A DNA stretch of 64,000 nt, taken from the human T2T-CHM13v2.0 reference genome, Homo sapiens. Below the pieces are notes generated by a model. The model worked only from the letters and a program-made list of their open reading frames with translations, did not search any database and had not been told where the DNA came from. The number at the start of each line of letters is the position of its first letter. Position 1 is the stretch's first letter. Positions 13,835 through 26,294 of the stretch are shown here, one piece after another. Position numbers and translations under genes: made by a program. The DNA lies in the NCBI RefSeq assembly GCF_009914755.1, contig NC_060927.1; one strand, written 5' to 3'.

Positions 13835-14575
13835 TCTATTTATTTATTATTTACATTTAGGAAATACAAGTACAGATTCCTTACATTCATATATTGCATA
13901 GTGGTGAATTCTGGGCTATTCGTGTAGCCATCACCTGAACAGTGAACATTGTACTCAATAAGTAATTTTTCAACCCTGACCCCCTGGCACCCTTTTTTCA
14001 TCTCCAATATCTATTATTCCACTCTGTATGTCCATGTATACCCATTGTTTAGCTCCCAAGTGAGAACATGCAAGTATTTGACTTTCTGTTTCTGAGTCAC
14101 TTCAGTTAGGATAATGGCCTCCAGTTACACCCATGTTACTGCAGAAAACATAATTTTATTTTTTATGGCCTAGTAGTATTCCATGGTTTATATACACAGT
14201 TTAGGATTCATAGGCCCATTTTCTTCATCTGATCCTCCACTGATGGGCCTATGAATTCTAGATTGATTCCATATCTTTGCTATTGTGACTAGTGCTGCAA
14301 TAAACTTATGAATGCAGGTATCATTTTGATGTAATGATTTCCTGCCCTCTCGGTGTATACCCAGTAGTGGGATTGCTGGATTGAATGGTGGTACTATTTT
14401 TAGTTTTTGAGAAATCTCCATACTCTTTTTCATAAAGCTTGTACTAGTTTACCCACCAACAATGTATAAGCATTCCTTTTTCTCCACATCCTCAACAACA
14501 TCTGTTGTTCTTTGACTTTTAATAATAGCCATTCTCACTAATGTAAGATGGTATCTCATTGTGGTTTTAATTTGA
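13835..14575 (-). mobile_element. L1PB-type 3' end fragment
   Basis: Antisense L1 3'UTR and ORF2 C-terminus (ORF 14188..14433: PFNPAIPLLGI...FIAALVTIAKIWNQ). Confidence 0.88.
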
Positions 14576-14789
14576 AATGCACCCCTTTTAAGGGTCTTGA
14601 AAGACACACACAAACAAAAATTAGAATTACATTTTAATTACATTTGGTTTCTATACTGCATTTCTCTTAAATGTAACACAAGCCAAATGTGGCCAACTGG
14701 ATCTCCATTCAGTTTTCACATATATATCTCATTTAATTCTCGAAACAACTCCAGTTATTGCCATCACTTTTGAGAAGAGGAAATGAACG

Positions 14790-15106
14790 TTCCCAAAATT
14801 TGACTGTAAGACTAGTTCTAGCCACTAAAATGTAAATAGAAGTCATGTGTCACCCTAGGCTGGGGTAGTCATGTGCCCAGTATGCCTTCCCCATACTGTC
14901 TCCTGAGCTACCTATTGGATAATACCAGAAAAATCCTGAGACCACAAAACAGAAGCAGCCTAGGTCCCTGAATCACCTAGGGATTATGTTAGCGGAGAAC
15001 TGCTGGACATATAACACTGTAAATGACTGAGAAATAAAGTTCTTTTGTGTAAAATTTAGAACATTATTGTTAACCCAGCATTACCTCCTCTATCAGAATT
15101 AATATG
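14790..15106 (+). mobile_element. MLT1I/J-like MaLR LTR nested in a MIR (MIR parts ~14710-14790 and ~15106-15150)
   Basis: agaagtcatgtgtcac, gaagcagcctaggtccctgaatcac and tgagaaataaa motifs; MIR core resumes with aaggttacatagctaata. Confidence 0.65.
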
Positions 15107-17226
15107 TTTCTTAAGGTTACATAGCTAATAATTGGCAGGACTAGGAAAATATTAATCACTATGCTACCCAACCTCCTAAGTGGGTTCCATCCCCTGGCGC
15201 ACAGACCTTTTACTCTAACATACAGCAATGGAGAGTTTGCGGGGTGCCTCCTACAATATGAACTCAGTAGCTGATTCTCCGGCTCTCGTCCAGAAACTCT
15301 AAATTCAGAGCTCAATTACTTAACTTGTACTTCTGTATCAGAAGTGATACCATTTACCTAGTGGAAAAGAATTATCCTCTAAGTCTTAATAGTTAGTCTT
15401 GATCTCAAAACTCAGGATGAAATTGGAAAATGTTAAAATATCATCAGTTCTTTCATTAAAAATGTCATTTCTAAGTTACACAACAAGCAAAGGAAATATA
15501 GTAGAGACTCTGTTACTCATTTAGGGTTTCAGGCCATCCTCAAAAAATCTCTTCTTTAGATTAGATGGTGGTGAAATGTCAGATTTGTTTACTTAAACAT
15601 TAGTGCTCCCTTATTCAAAGCCTATCCTTTCTCCAGAGGTTTCCATTTACTGTTCCCATTACCACCTGCCATGGGTGTTATTTACTATTTATGGGCACCT
15701 CCAGATGAGTCTACAAGAGGAAGAAACAGATCAGAAATGAGAAAGAGACCTGCTGATTTGCTGTGTCTCTATTATATGATACTTATTATGATTTTGCAGG
15801 AGTAGACATTTTAACTATGAGAGTCGTGGGTTTATTTGTGAGTACGCTTCATTCATATTCTCTTTATCCCAAACAGTCACCAATACTGGTTATGTTGCTG
15901 TCCAGTGAATAAGATAAAATATGGAATGATCTCTTTCTCTGAATGGGAACACATGTTCCTCCAATCTGCTTTGTGACTTAATCAGTGTCATTATGATTGA
16001 GGCAGAAGATACCATGAATCAGTCAGAAAGAAGAGTCTTATAATACACGTCTCACTTCCCAATTGAGCATTCAGCTGTAGATAATGTTCCTGCTGGAGCA
16101 TTTAGTGTCTTATGAGATTCCTTATTGAGAGGACATTCTCAGACTCAAACACGGGCTTGTAAATTCTGACCTATGCACCACGTAAACAATGCAAATAGAT
16201 TTCCTATCTTCCCTGGGCCACTGTTGTACTAGATTACAGTTTAGGTTTCATAGGTCCAGGCTGTGGGTTCTGCGATGTTTGCTTCTTTCCTGCTTCGCAG
16301 TAGTCAACTCCCTGGTGGTTCAGCCTCTTGAAAGAAGCTTGAGAGTAAGCTTCCTTCTGCCTCAACAGGACTGAAAAACCACTCAAAATCCTTCCAAAGG
16401 TGAAGCATTAGCATCCCATAAAAGGCTGGGTCCCAAACATTGTTACTATAGTATCTTCTGTCAGGATTCAGAGGCATTTAATGAGTTAGAGAAATAGATG
16501 AAATAAATCAAAGGACTACCTTCCCAACTACAATAATTAGTGGAAATTCTAATATTAGGAACTTTTACCATTGAGGAATTTAAGAATTTAAGGCAATTAT
16601 AGGTTGAATAGCCAAAGTCAGGTATGAGCCTATGAGAGCTCTTATAGAAATGTCTTCATTCAGTAGAATAAAGACAACATTAGAGAATACAATAGCACTT
16701 TTCACTTCTAAAATTGCTATCCATGTGCCTGGTATGCTTGCTTTCATTTGCAATTCAAGCTCAATAGTAGAATGTTGAGGCCTTCTCTCCACAGTTTGAG
16801 AAAAAAAGAGTTGTGAATTTGTTTTGCTTTTTTTGTTACAGATAGTATGAGTACTAAGAAACTATATTTTCTCTGTCTGGTTCTTCATGCCAAAAAAACA
16901 ATTATCTTTCCAGTTTAAGAGTCCTCCCTCTCAGTTCCCACTGTATTCACAAAGTGATAGAGCAATTTAGGTGGTTAGGATTGGGAGAGAAAGGAGAAGA
17001 AAAGCTATGGGGAAACTTCTTAAATCAACTGACTGTGGCTGAGATTATCTTTCTTTCCCACTCTATAAGGTTATAAAGCCTTCCTGCTGTTCAAAATAAC
17101 ATTGTGCCAAGACAAATCTTTCTTTCCCATGTTTGGCTTCTTCCATCCTAATAGATGGAAGGGCACAATTCTAAGGTCTCAGTAGGCTAGCCCTCAATCT
17201 TCTTTATCTCTCTCAAGACTTCATTG

Positions 17227-17371
17227 ATTTTGTTGTTTATTTATATAAATTTATGGGGTAGAAGTTTAATTTTGTTACATAGATATACTGACTAGGGGGA
17301 ATCACTGCTTTTAATGTATTTATCACCTAAATAATATATATTATACTCATAAGTAATATCTTATCCTCCCC
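17227..17371 (-). mobile_element. Short L1PB/L1MA 3' end fragment
   Basis: Antisense L1 3' terminus flanked by near-identical aagacttcattg / aaggcttcattg (TSD). Confidence 0.75.
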
Positions 17372-17972
17372 AAAGGCTTCATTGCAATGAGCTCCATTTC
17401 TCTCTTTTGTCTAATTTACTTCCTTTTTGTTTCTCCAACCTCCAAAAGTCTAGTCTTTTTTTTAAAAAAGTTATCCCCAGTAGAGATTAGAGATGACTAG
17501 AAGTTCTTCATGTTGTGTAAAGGATATAAAAATTTTATGTAGAAGGGACTCAAAATTGGATAAGACTGCCCTCTTCAAAACATTTAAAACTTCTGAGTCC
17601 TCTTCTAGATGTTAGAACAAGAAAATTGGGGTCAATAAAGGTTTTCTGTTCAAAGTTTCATGCATTTTTTTCTTAAGGAGAGAATGTCTGTAATGTATCA
17701 CATTTCCAGAAAAATCTATGACACAGAAAAGGTTAAAGCAGTGCTTGAGCAACCTTGCATCATGAGCTATTTGGGTCGGCTTTATGGGAATCATCAAAAC
17801 CCTGTGCTGGATTAAATTCTACAGTACATCAGGCATTTATTCTTTCAGCTCAAGTAACAGCATTAACTGCTGGAGAAAGTACCTGAGAAAACTTATGGTT
17901 GGGTAAGGAACACTGAGAGTCAGGATGCATGGCCTGTGACAGACATTCTGTTCTTAACTTGATGGATGAAGT

Positions 17973-18447
17973 TGCAGCAGGATGAGCCACAGACTAGAAC
18001 CCCTCAGACAACAATTTGTAGAAGGAAAGGGCTTTATTCACCTGGGAGCATCGGCAGACTCACGTCTCCAAAAACCGAGCTCCCCGAGTGAGCAATTCTT
18101 GTCCCTTTTAAAGGCTTACAACTCTAAGGGTGTCCATGTGAGAGGGTCGTGATCGATTGAGCAAGCAAGCAGGCAGTACGTGACTGGGGGCTGCATGCAC
18201 CTGCACCGGTAATTAGAATGGAAGAGAACAGGACAGGGATTTCCACAGTGCTTTTCCATACAATGTCTATAATCTATAGATAACGTAACCCATTAGGTCA
18301 GGGGTCAGTCTTTAACTACCAGGCCCCAGGGTGTGGCGCCGGGCTGTCTGCCTGTGGATTTCATTTCTGCCTTTTAGTTTTTACTTATTCTTTCTTTGGA
18401 GGCAGAAATTGGGCATAAGACAATATGAGGGGTGGTCTCCCTCTTTA
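17973..18447 (-). repeat. HERV-E 3' LTR (LTR2 family)
   Basis: Direct repeat of 26295-26766; AATAAA on the - strand at 18033-18038; preceded on the - strand by polypurine tract AAAGGGAGGGGAA (18448-18460). Confidence 0.95.
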
Positions 18448-18474
18448 TTCCCCTCCCTTTGAGAACCTCACTCA

Positions 18475-20530
18475 TTAGTGGGAGTTTTCACTTTTATTTT
18501 TACTACCTATGTCTTTTTGCAAGACAGATCGATAGTAATTCATACAGTACACTTGTGCCAAAGCATTTTTGTGAACTAAGGTAGCAGTGAAGCTTTTTAT
18601 CATTTGAAGAAGTACAGGTAGTAAACAAGGAAGCAATAAGCAGGTTCTTATTACTATTATAACTCTTATTATAAAAGTTTTAAATTCTCCTAGCGCTGGG
18701 AGCCATTTTTTAAACATGGCCTTAGGATTAAATCCATGCCACACTTGCACAGGCACATGTGTCAGTTTTGTCATATTTTTAACTATGTCTTCAACTACTT
18801 GTCCTTGATCATCTATGTGTAGACAGCAATTAGTAAGGTTAAATTTCCTACAGACCCCTCCTTCAGCTGCTAGCAAGTAGTAGAGAGCTAATCTATTTTG
18901 ATAGATAGTATTTCTCATCTGAGTTTCTTGCCAGAGCAGAATAGTCAAGGCTCTGCCGGTTTTATTAGTGATTATTTCTAAGACAGCTTGTAACCGTATG
19001 ATTTGATTGATCCTGTAAATGGGAGTCTGGTATCCCCACGAGCTGTCTTGTGTCTAAGTAGCAGGCCTATGATATTGTATGATTTTTTTTCAGGGGGCTA
19101 TTTTTTTTTTAATTTTTTATAACTATGCTTCTCTTTTTGTGGGAAGCATAGACAGGGAAGCTAGGAGTTTGCCTGTTTTTATGGGCAGTAGGAAGAAAGA
19201 TGGTTTAAGAGTGCCAATAACACAACTACCTGCCCACTGGTCAGGTAATTTCGCATAAGCTCTATGCCCACATATCCAGTATAATCCAGTGGGGGCTGTC
19301 CAGTCCTGGTGGGACTCCAGGTAGGTCCACACGGTTTGCAACTTTGGGAATTTACTAAATGGATTCCTTTTTGTGTGATTTGAACTCCACCCAGTGACTG
19401 TTTTCGTGTTACCACTATACAGTTTCTGTCCTAGACAACTAAGTCATCCTACAGGGTGAGTGGATTTTTTTTTTCTAGCTATGCAATACTGTCCAATAAT
19501 TGAGGCTTTTAGGACTAGAAATTGTCAGGGTGATTTTTCTGAGCCGGGAATTCATCAGGAACTGGGTCTGTAGGTACTAATTTTCATGCTTCCTATGGCT
19601 GTTGATCTCCTGTTACAGTTTCTCCACATACATAACATGAAGTGACATTGAGAAACTGGGCTACATGCTCGGCTAATTGCAAAAACAAATTTCTTGGGTT
19701 TTTTTTGGAATTTCTGGTACTGGCACATTTAGTTCATCATAGAAAGTTTAAAACACTGGCTCAGGAGAGCGTTTGTAAACTTTTCCTGAAACTAAGATAT
19801 TTACTCAAGGATCCAGTCTGGCCCCATCGATTCCTAAGGTCACACGTTCCCCTTTTTTTCACTGAGGATCAAGGGGATTGGTTATTACTAGCTCTAAGGA
19901 GTTACATTGTCCCTTAGTACAGGAAGGGCCATTTTTTTCTTTTTTGAAGGTGGACTGGATCATTTTTATTTTTTATTCAAATGGCCTAAATGACACAAGA
20001 CCAGTATTTACATTTATATTTATATAGTCCTAATTTATGACAAATTTACTTACTTTTGGTCATATAGTCTTTTTTTTAATTAAGAGAGTCACATTTCCTT
20101 TCTAACTTATTGCTATTAATGACAGCACAGGCATCAAATTTCAAGATTATGCATTTGGGCACCCCCTTTCTTTTGTTCTGGCTAATACTTTACTTGTATT
20201 ATTTATGAGTCCTCACCAGTCTTTAGTTCTTAATCTTATTTTAAAAACTGTGGACATGGGAGGCCCAGAGGGGTCATAACACACATCTGGCTGGTCGTTT
20301 CCTGGGCTACATACCTTGTACTGAGTGTCATTATATAAACATGCTCCTTTTAAAGTTTCTAGGCATTCATAGTAACTATAGAACAGAAAGATTGTTTTAC
20401 TTTCTTGTCTTACCTCAGTAACCTGATGTATACACTAAGAGTAGTCTTTCATGCGGGGAAAATCAGTGGAAGTTTTTACTATACAAGTCCAAATTATAAG
20501 GAAAATGAGTTTTACGATGATTCTCCTCAT
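18475..20530 (-). pseudogene. env: HERV-E env, disrupted; TM part open (18475..18948)
   Basis: ATG at 20530 with signal-like MRRIIVKLIFLIIWTC; immunosuppressive motif [17 protein letters not shown], Cys loop [10 protein letters not shown] and hydrophobic anchor; many stops and frameshifts in SU. Confidence 0.9.
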
Positions 20531-20533
20531 GCT

Positions 20534-23500
20534 TCAGCCGTGCGTAGACCAGTCAGCTTCTGGATGTGACTGGAGCAGGGCTTGTCGTCCTCCTCAGAGT
20601 CACTTTGCAGGGCTTGTCCAGGCTCGGTTTTGTCTCCTAGTTTTCAGTGGCTGTAGGTTTCACATGGCTGTTGTGGATCCAGGCTGGGATTCCTTCTACC
20701 TTTACAGCCGTGGGGGTGGTCAGGATGATGGTTTGAGGTCCTTTCCACGGTGGCTGTAAAGGGGCTACGTTCCAGTCCTTGATCCACACGCGATCACCTG
20801 GAAAGAAAGGATGAACTGGGGAGAATAAGCTGATGGGACACCTCTTATTTACCTAAGTTGAGATTGTTTGTGTAATTTTTCTTAAAGCCTGTAGCTGTCA
20901 CTGTAATTCAATTTCACCTAACTCTCGGGGAGTGCCTGGAAGTCTCTGTAGTATAGGAGGAGGCCTATGATACAGTATTTCATAAGGGGAGTATTCTGTT
21001 TTCTTAGAAGGAGTGCATTTAATTTTAAACAATACCATAGGAAGGGCCTGTATCTATTTTAATCCTGTTTTCTGACATACTTTTTTAAAACTATTTTTGA
21101 TAGTCCGATTCATTCACTCCACCTTTCCGGAACTCTGAGGTCGGTAGGCGGCATGTAGCTTCCAAGTGATTCCTAATGCCTTTGCTGTTTTCTGTACCAA
21201 GTCGCTCACAAACCTGTTACCTGAGCCGATTCGTAAGGGCAGTCTAAACCTAGGAATAAGATCTCAGAGAAGCACACGGGTTACTTCATAGGCCTTTTTA
21301 GTTTGTGTTGGATCAGCCTCCACCTACCTAGAGTAAGTACACACAAGAACCAGCAAATACTTGTTACCTCCACATTTTGGCATTTCTGTGAAATTTACCT
21401 GAAGATCCTCAAAAGGAGCTGCTCCATAAGCTTGTGTGCCAGGTGGAACAGTGGGGCTTTGCCTCACATTGTGCTGTTGGCAAGTAACGCACTGTTGTGC
21501 TACTGCTTTGGCAAGGGCTGGCAAATGTGAGATGTAGAAGTACTGGCCTAACAACTTTTTAAGTGACTCTTGACCTTAGATGAGTAGTTTTGTGCACGGC
21601 CAATACGATTGTGGCTCCCAGAAACTGTGGCACAGCTACCTTCCTATCTGGCAGTCTGATCTATCCTCCTTTTATTACTTGCCCCCTTTCTGCATGGAAA
21701 AAGTCTTTTTCTTCCTTAGAATAGGTAGGTACCAGGTCAGGTGTTTGAGGGAGTAATGGGGCTGCTACCGATGCCCAGTAAGGGGTAGATGCTGCTTTTC
21801 GAGCTTCTGAATTAGCTCGAGAGTTTCCTAGGGCCACTGAGGTGGAGGCTCGCTGGTGTCCCCTGTAGTGCATGACTGCCACCTTTTGAGGTTTTTACAC
21901 TGCCTCTAATAATTGTAGAATTTCTTGTTGATATTTTATGTCCTTTCCCCCAGGGTTTAACAGGCCCTTTTTCTTGTATAATGCTCCATGCACTTGAGAA
22001 TTAGAAAGGCATATCGAGAGTCAGTGTAGATGTTTACAGTCTTACTTTTACTGAGTTCTAGAATCTGAGTTAAAGCAATGAGCTCAGCCTTCTGGGCTGA
22101 AGTGCCCTGTGGCAATGGTTTGGCTTCAATGACAGCATCCAAAGTTACCACCACATATCCTGCACATCTTTCATCTTGTGGGTTGATGAAGCTGCTCCCA
22201 TCTACATATAACTCCCAGTCTACTGAGATGCCCATGGCTGGTCCTGAAGGTCAGGTCTGCTAGAATAGACTGAGCCCAACACCTCTACACAGTTATGCTC
22301 AACCAGCCTTTCTGATAATGGGAACAGGGTGGTGGGATTTAGGTTGTTACAGACTTCAATTGTTATCTGGGGATTTTCACAAAGCAAGCTTTGGTACTTG
22401 GTTAATTTAGCATTTGTTAGCCAATGATGTCCTTTGGTATTCATCAAGGTTACCACAGCATGGGGGGCTTTTATATTCAGCTTTTGCCCAAGGGTTAGTT
22501 TATCTGCTTCTTGTGCTAACAGGGCCGTTGCTGCCAGGGCCCTTAGACATGGTGGCCGGCCTTTGGAAACCCCATCTAGTTGTTTTGAGAGATAGGCCAC
22601 TGGTCTTGGCCAGGGCCCCACAGTCGGTTAAAACTGTAACTGCCATTTTTTTTCTTTTTGACACATAGAGTGTAAAGGGCTTTGTCAAATCTGGTAGTCC
22701 TAGGGCACAGGCCAACGTAAGTTTTTCCTTTAACTTACAAAAGACTAGCTCTTGTAGAGGCTCCCATTTAAAAGTTACCGGTCGCCCCCCTTTGTAGCCC
22801 CGTACAAAGGTTGGGCTAGTACTGCAAAGTTTGGAATCCATAATCTGTAAAACCTTACAGCTCGTAGGAATTCCCTTACTTGCCTTCTGGTTTTAGGTTC
22901 CAGTAGGCTGCAGATGACCTGCTTTCTTCCTGACTCCAGGCTGCGCTCCCCTTTCCGAATAGTGAATCCCAGGTAGCATACCTGCTGTCTGCAGATCTGA
23001 GCTTTCTTCTTGGACACTTTCTACCTACAGTCCTCCAGGTGCTGAAGTAGGACATCCGTACTTTTTGCGCACCCGACTGCCAAGGAGTGTCCCAGCAGAA
23101 GGTCGTTCATGTACAAAAGCAAGATGCAGCCTAGGTCTTTAGCAGGAAACTTTTGCAGGTCTTGAGCCAGGGCCTCCCTGAAGATAGTAGGGGAGTTCTT
23201 GAACCCTTGGGGAAGCCGGGTCCAAGTGTACTGAGTAGTCACACCTGACTCCGGATCTTCCTACTGAAAGGCAAACAGCTTCTGGCTCTCAGGAGCTAGT
23301 CTGATGCTAAAGAAGGCATCTTTTAAGTCCAGACAGGTAAACCAACTGTCCTTAGCAGGCAGTAGCCCTAACAATGTGTAACGGTTAGGAACTGTTGGGT
23401 GCAGAGTCACTGTAGCTTGGCTGACCAAGCGCAAGTCCTGCACTGGCCGGTAGTCCTTTGTCCCTGGCTTAGGGACAGGCAGGAGGTAGGTGTTCTATGG

Positions 23501-24142
23501 AGACTGGCAAGGAACTATAGTTCTAAATTATAGGTGCTTTTAAGCGCCTGAGATGAACCTGGATTCCCTCAAGAGCTTCTCTGGGAACCGGATACTGCTT
23601 TTGTCTAATTGGCTGGGCCCCAGGCTTAACTTCTGTGAGTACGGGTGCTTGATTGACTGCCAGTCCCAGAGGATTATCCTCTGCCCATATTTGGGGCCAT
23701 CGCTTAGCTAGACTGGTTTTATCTCTTGGCCTGGCTCGGTTAGAAAAAGTCTCTATTCTTTTTCCTGGGGGACCGTAAGGGCCATGATAACTCCTGTTCC
23801 CAGTAACTTTAGCTGTAAAGAGCCCTGTCTTGTAAAGGAGATGGTGGCTCTCAGCTTGCTAAGCAAGTCTCTTCCCAGCAAAGGCAAGGGACAGTCAGGC
23901 ATGTACAAGAACTGGTGAACTATTTTATGTCCCACCACCCAGCAGGTCCGTGGTAGACAGAAAGCCTGCTTAGTGGAAACTTCTGTTGCTCCGATTATAT
24001 CAATGGTTTTCTCGGGTAAGGGGGTGACCGGGGTGGTCACTACTGAATGTTCAGCACCAGTATTGACCAAAAACTTAATGTCCTTGCCTCCAATTGTAAT
24101 CCTGACGGCAGGCTCCTTGGGGGCGCTTCAGCCCAGTCCCCT
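20534..24142 (-). pseudogene. pol: HERV-E pro-pol (protease, RT, RNase H, integrase), disrupted
   Basis: Protease VNTGA (DTG degraded); RT LPQGFKNSP and YMND (YxDD degraded); RNase H YVDGSS...YTDSRYAF; integrase CVTC and DLQVNFTEMP. Confidence 0.93.
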
Positions 24143-25749
24143 TCAGTCTAATAGCCCTTCAGCCAGATTGAACAAAGCTCTCTCATCTTTATCTAAGGTC
24201 TTTTGTTCTGAATCACCTTGTTTTTCCTTCAGTTGGGGACACTTATTTTTCTAATGTCCTATTTCCTTACAATAGGAGCATTGGTTACATTGAAAGTGTG
24301 GGCGATTAGACTGGGTATTCTTCCCAGAACCCTCCTTTTCTTTCCCTTTTGGGGGAATTCCCTTAATGGCCGCGGCCAGTAAGTTGGCGTTTCCGCCTGG
24401 CCTGGTGTTCGGCTTTCTCAGCGGCTTGTTGCATCTTTGTTCACAAACAAACACTTGATTGGCTATTTCCAGTAATGGCGAGGTATTCATACCCACAAAC
24501 CCTGCCTGTTTTTGCAATTTTTTCCTGTTATCTTCTGTGCTTTGACTAACTAAGGCCATGTTAATCATGTGCTGATTTTCAGGGCTATTTGGATCAAAAG
24601 GAGTGTACATACGGTAAGCCTCACACAGTCTTTCATAGAATTGTGCTGGACTCTCCCCTTTTTCTTGGATGACCTCAGAGACCTTATTTAAATTTGTAAC
24701 CTTTTGAGCCCCTTTCTTTAGACCTTTTATCAATGCCTTAGGATACCATCTTAGCCTCCCTGTGTCTGGTCCCTCGTTCAGGTCCCATTGGGGGTCTGTT
24801 CCTTGCAGCTGAATCCTTATATATTCTTGGGGGTTTTGGTAATCGGCTGGGACATGCTACTCTAGCTACTTAGTTGCCGCCTGGAGCACCCTTTGCCTTT
24901 TATTTGTATTAAAGAGGTACATGAGCAGCTGGTGGCAATCAGCCTAAGTAGGATTATGAGTCTGTATAACGGTTTGGAGCAAGTCAATTAAAGCTTGAGG
25001 CTTTTTGGTATAAGGTGGAGTATTATTTTTCCAATTGAGGAGGTCAGCAGAGGTGAAAGGTTGATACAAAGGCACGCCTTTCCACCATGTGTCCATCCTC
25101 ATTTACCCCAGTAATATTGCTGTTCTCTCAGGGGCATTTGGATTCCAGTCTTAGGCCGTAAGCAAGCTGCCAAGGGAGGAGTTTCTCCTTCAGCTTTACT
25201 TCCTCTTTTGTCTATGCTGGGTGGTCTAGGAGTGTGGCTATCTGGTGGAGGTGGAGGTGCTGTGGGTTCTGGAGTGGGGAGCCCTTCCTCTCAATAAGGA
25301 GGGGGTATTCCTGGTACCAATTCCTGCCATGATTCTTCTGGTGTTGGGACAGACAGGACTTTTGGTGCTGAATTCCCTCGGTGGGTGGAGCGAGAACCTT
25401 CCTTAACTAACTGTCCCTTTGCTACTAGTACTGCTGCTGCCTGTCCTCTTAACCACTGTGAGGGGTCTAAAACTAACTGTAACCAAGAATCTATATGTAT
25501 ATACGGGAATTGATACGGGAATTGATCTGGGTGCCCTGGCTTACAAGTTACCTTGTGCCACACTTTTGAGAGAAGGGACCTGTCCAGGCTTCCTTCTGAT
25601 GGCCAACGTACCTGTAATGCTGGCCAGTCTATCTCACACAAAGTTCTAAGTTTTCTTGGTGTCATAACTCCATAGTCTCCCTTAAATCCTGTTTTGAAAT
25701 TTTTCAACATAGTTCCTAGTGGGATGGGCTCACTTTGTGCCTCACCCAT
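24143..25749 (-). pseudogene. gag: HERV-E gag, disrupted
   Basis: MGEAQSEP matrix start, PPPY late motif, MHR (IQEKGESPAQFYERL), CCHC knuckle CSYCKEIGH*KNKC; TGA at 24143-24145 at the gag/pro boundary. Confidence 0.92.
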
Positions 25750-26271
25750 GTTTCCTCCAGACAAAACACCACACTCACACCACACTCACACCACAAAACA
25801 AAGAACAGGTAAAGAGGGCACACACACACTTTTACAGTTTACACCAAACCAGAAACAACCAAAATCAGAGTATCAAATCCAAGCCAGGTCAAAACCAAAA
25901 CCAAAGTATCAAGCAATCCAAGTCAAGCCAAAAACAAAAACCAAAGTGCCAGTACAGGCACGTCGTGGGTGATCAGGCCATGCTTCCACTCAAATGGAGT
26001 GGGCAAGTTCCAAAGACCAGTCTTACCAAGTTTCAGATGTCCGGACTCCAAGTGCCAGTTCCTTCCCGGTGTTCAGCCACTGCACTGATCATCCACAAGG
26101 GCCTGCTGTCCACCGCTCTGACGAGGCGTTCCACCAGGGCAAATGCCTACCCGAGAGTGCTCTCAGGATCTGCATCGCTCAAGCTGGCCGGAGTCCCCCG
26201 CAGGGATGCTCCACAGGGCAGGCCTAAGCTGACTAAGGGGCTGACTCAACTGTCCGTCCTTAATCACCTGC

Positions 26272-26289
26272 TTCCTGGTCAGGAAACCA
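26272..26289 (-). promoter_or_regulatory. Primer-binding site complementary to tRNA-Glu
   Basis: TGGTTTCCTGACCAGGAA, 16/18 match to the complement of the recalled tRNA-Glu 3' end, 5 nt downstream of the 5' LTR. Confidence 0.88.
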
Positions 26290-26294
26290 CGAAA

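Noticed and set aside
18475-18948. Open env TM frame as a domesticated syncytin-like gene
   Set aside because: SU is riddled with stops and frameshifts, the frame begins at a TTG, and the region is hypermutated.
26272-26289. tRNA-Glu-like sequence as a tRNA gene
   Set aside because: Only the 18-nt retroviral primer-binding site; no cloverleaf or A/B boxes.
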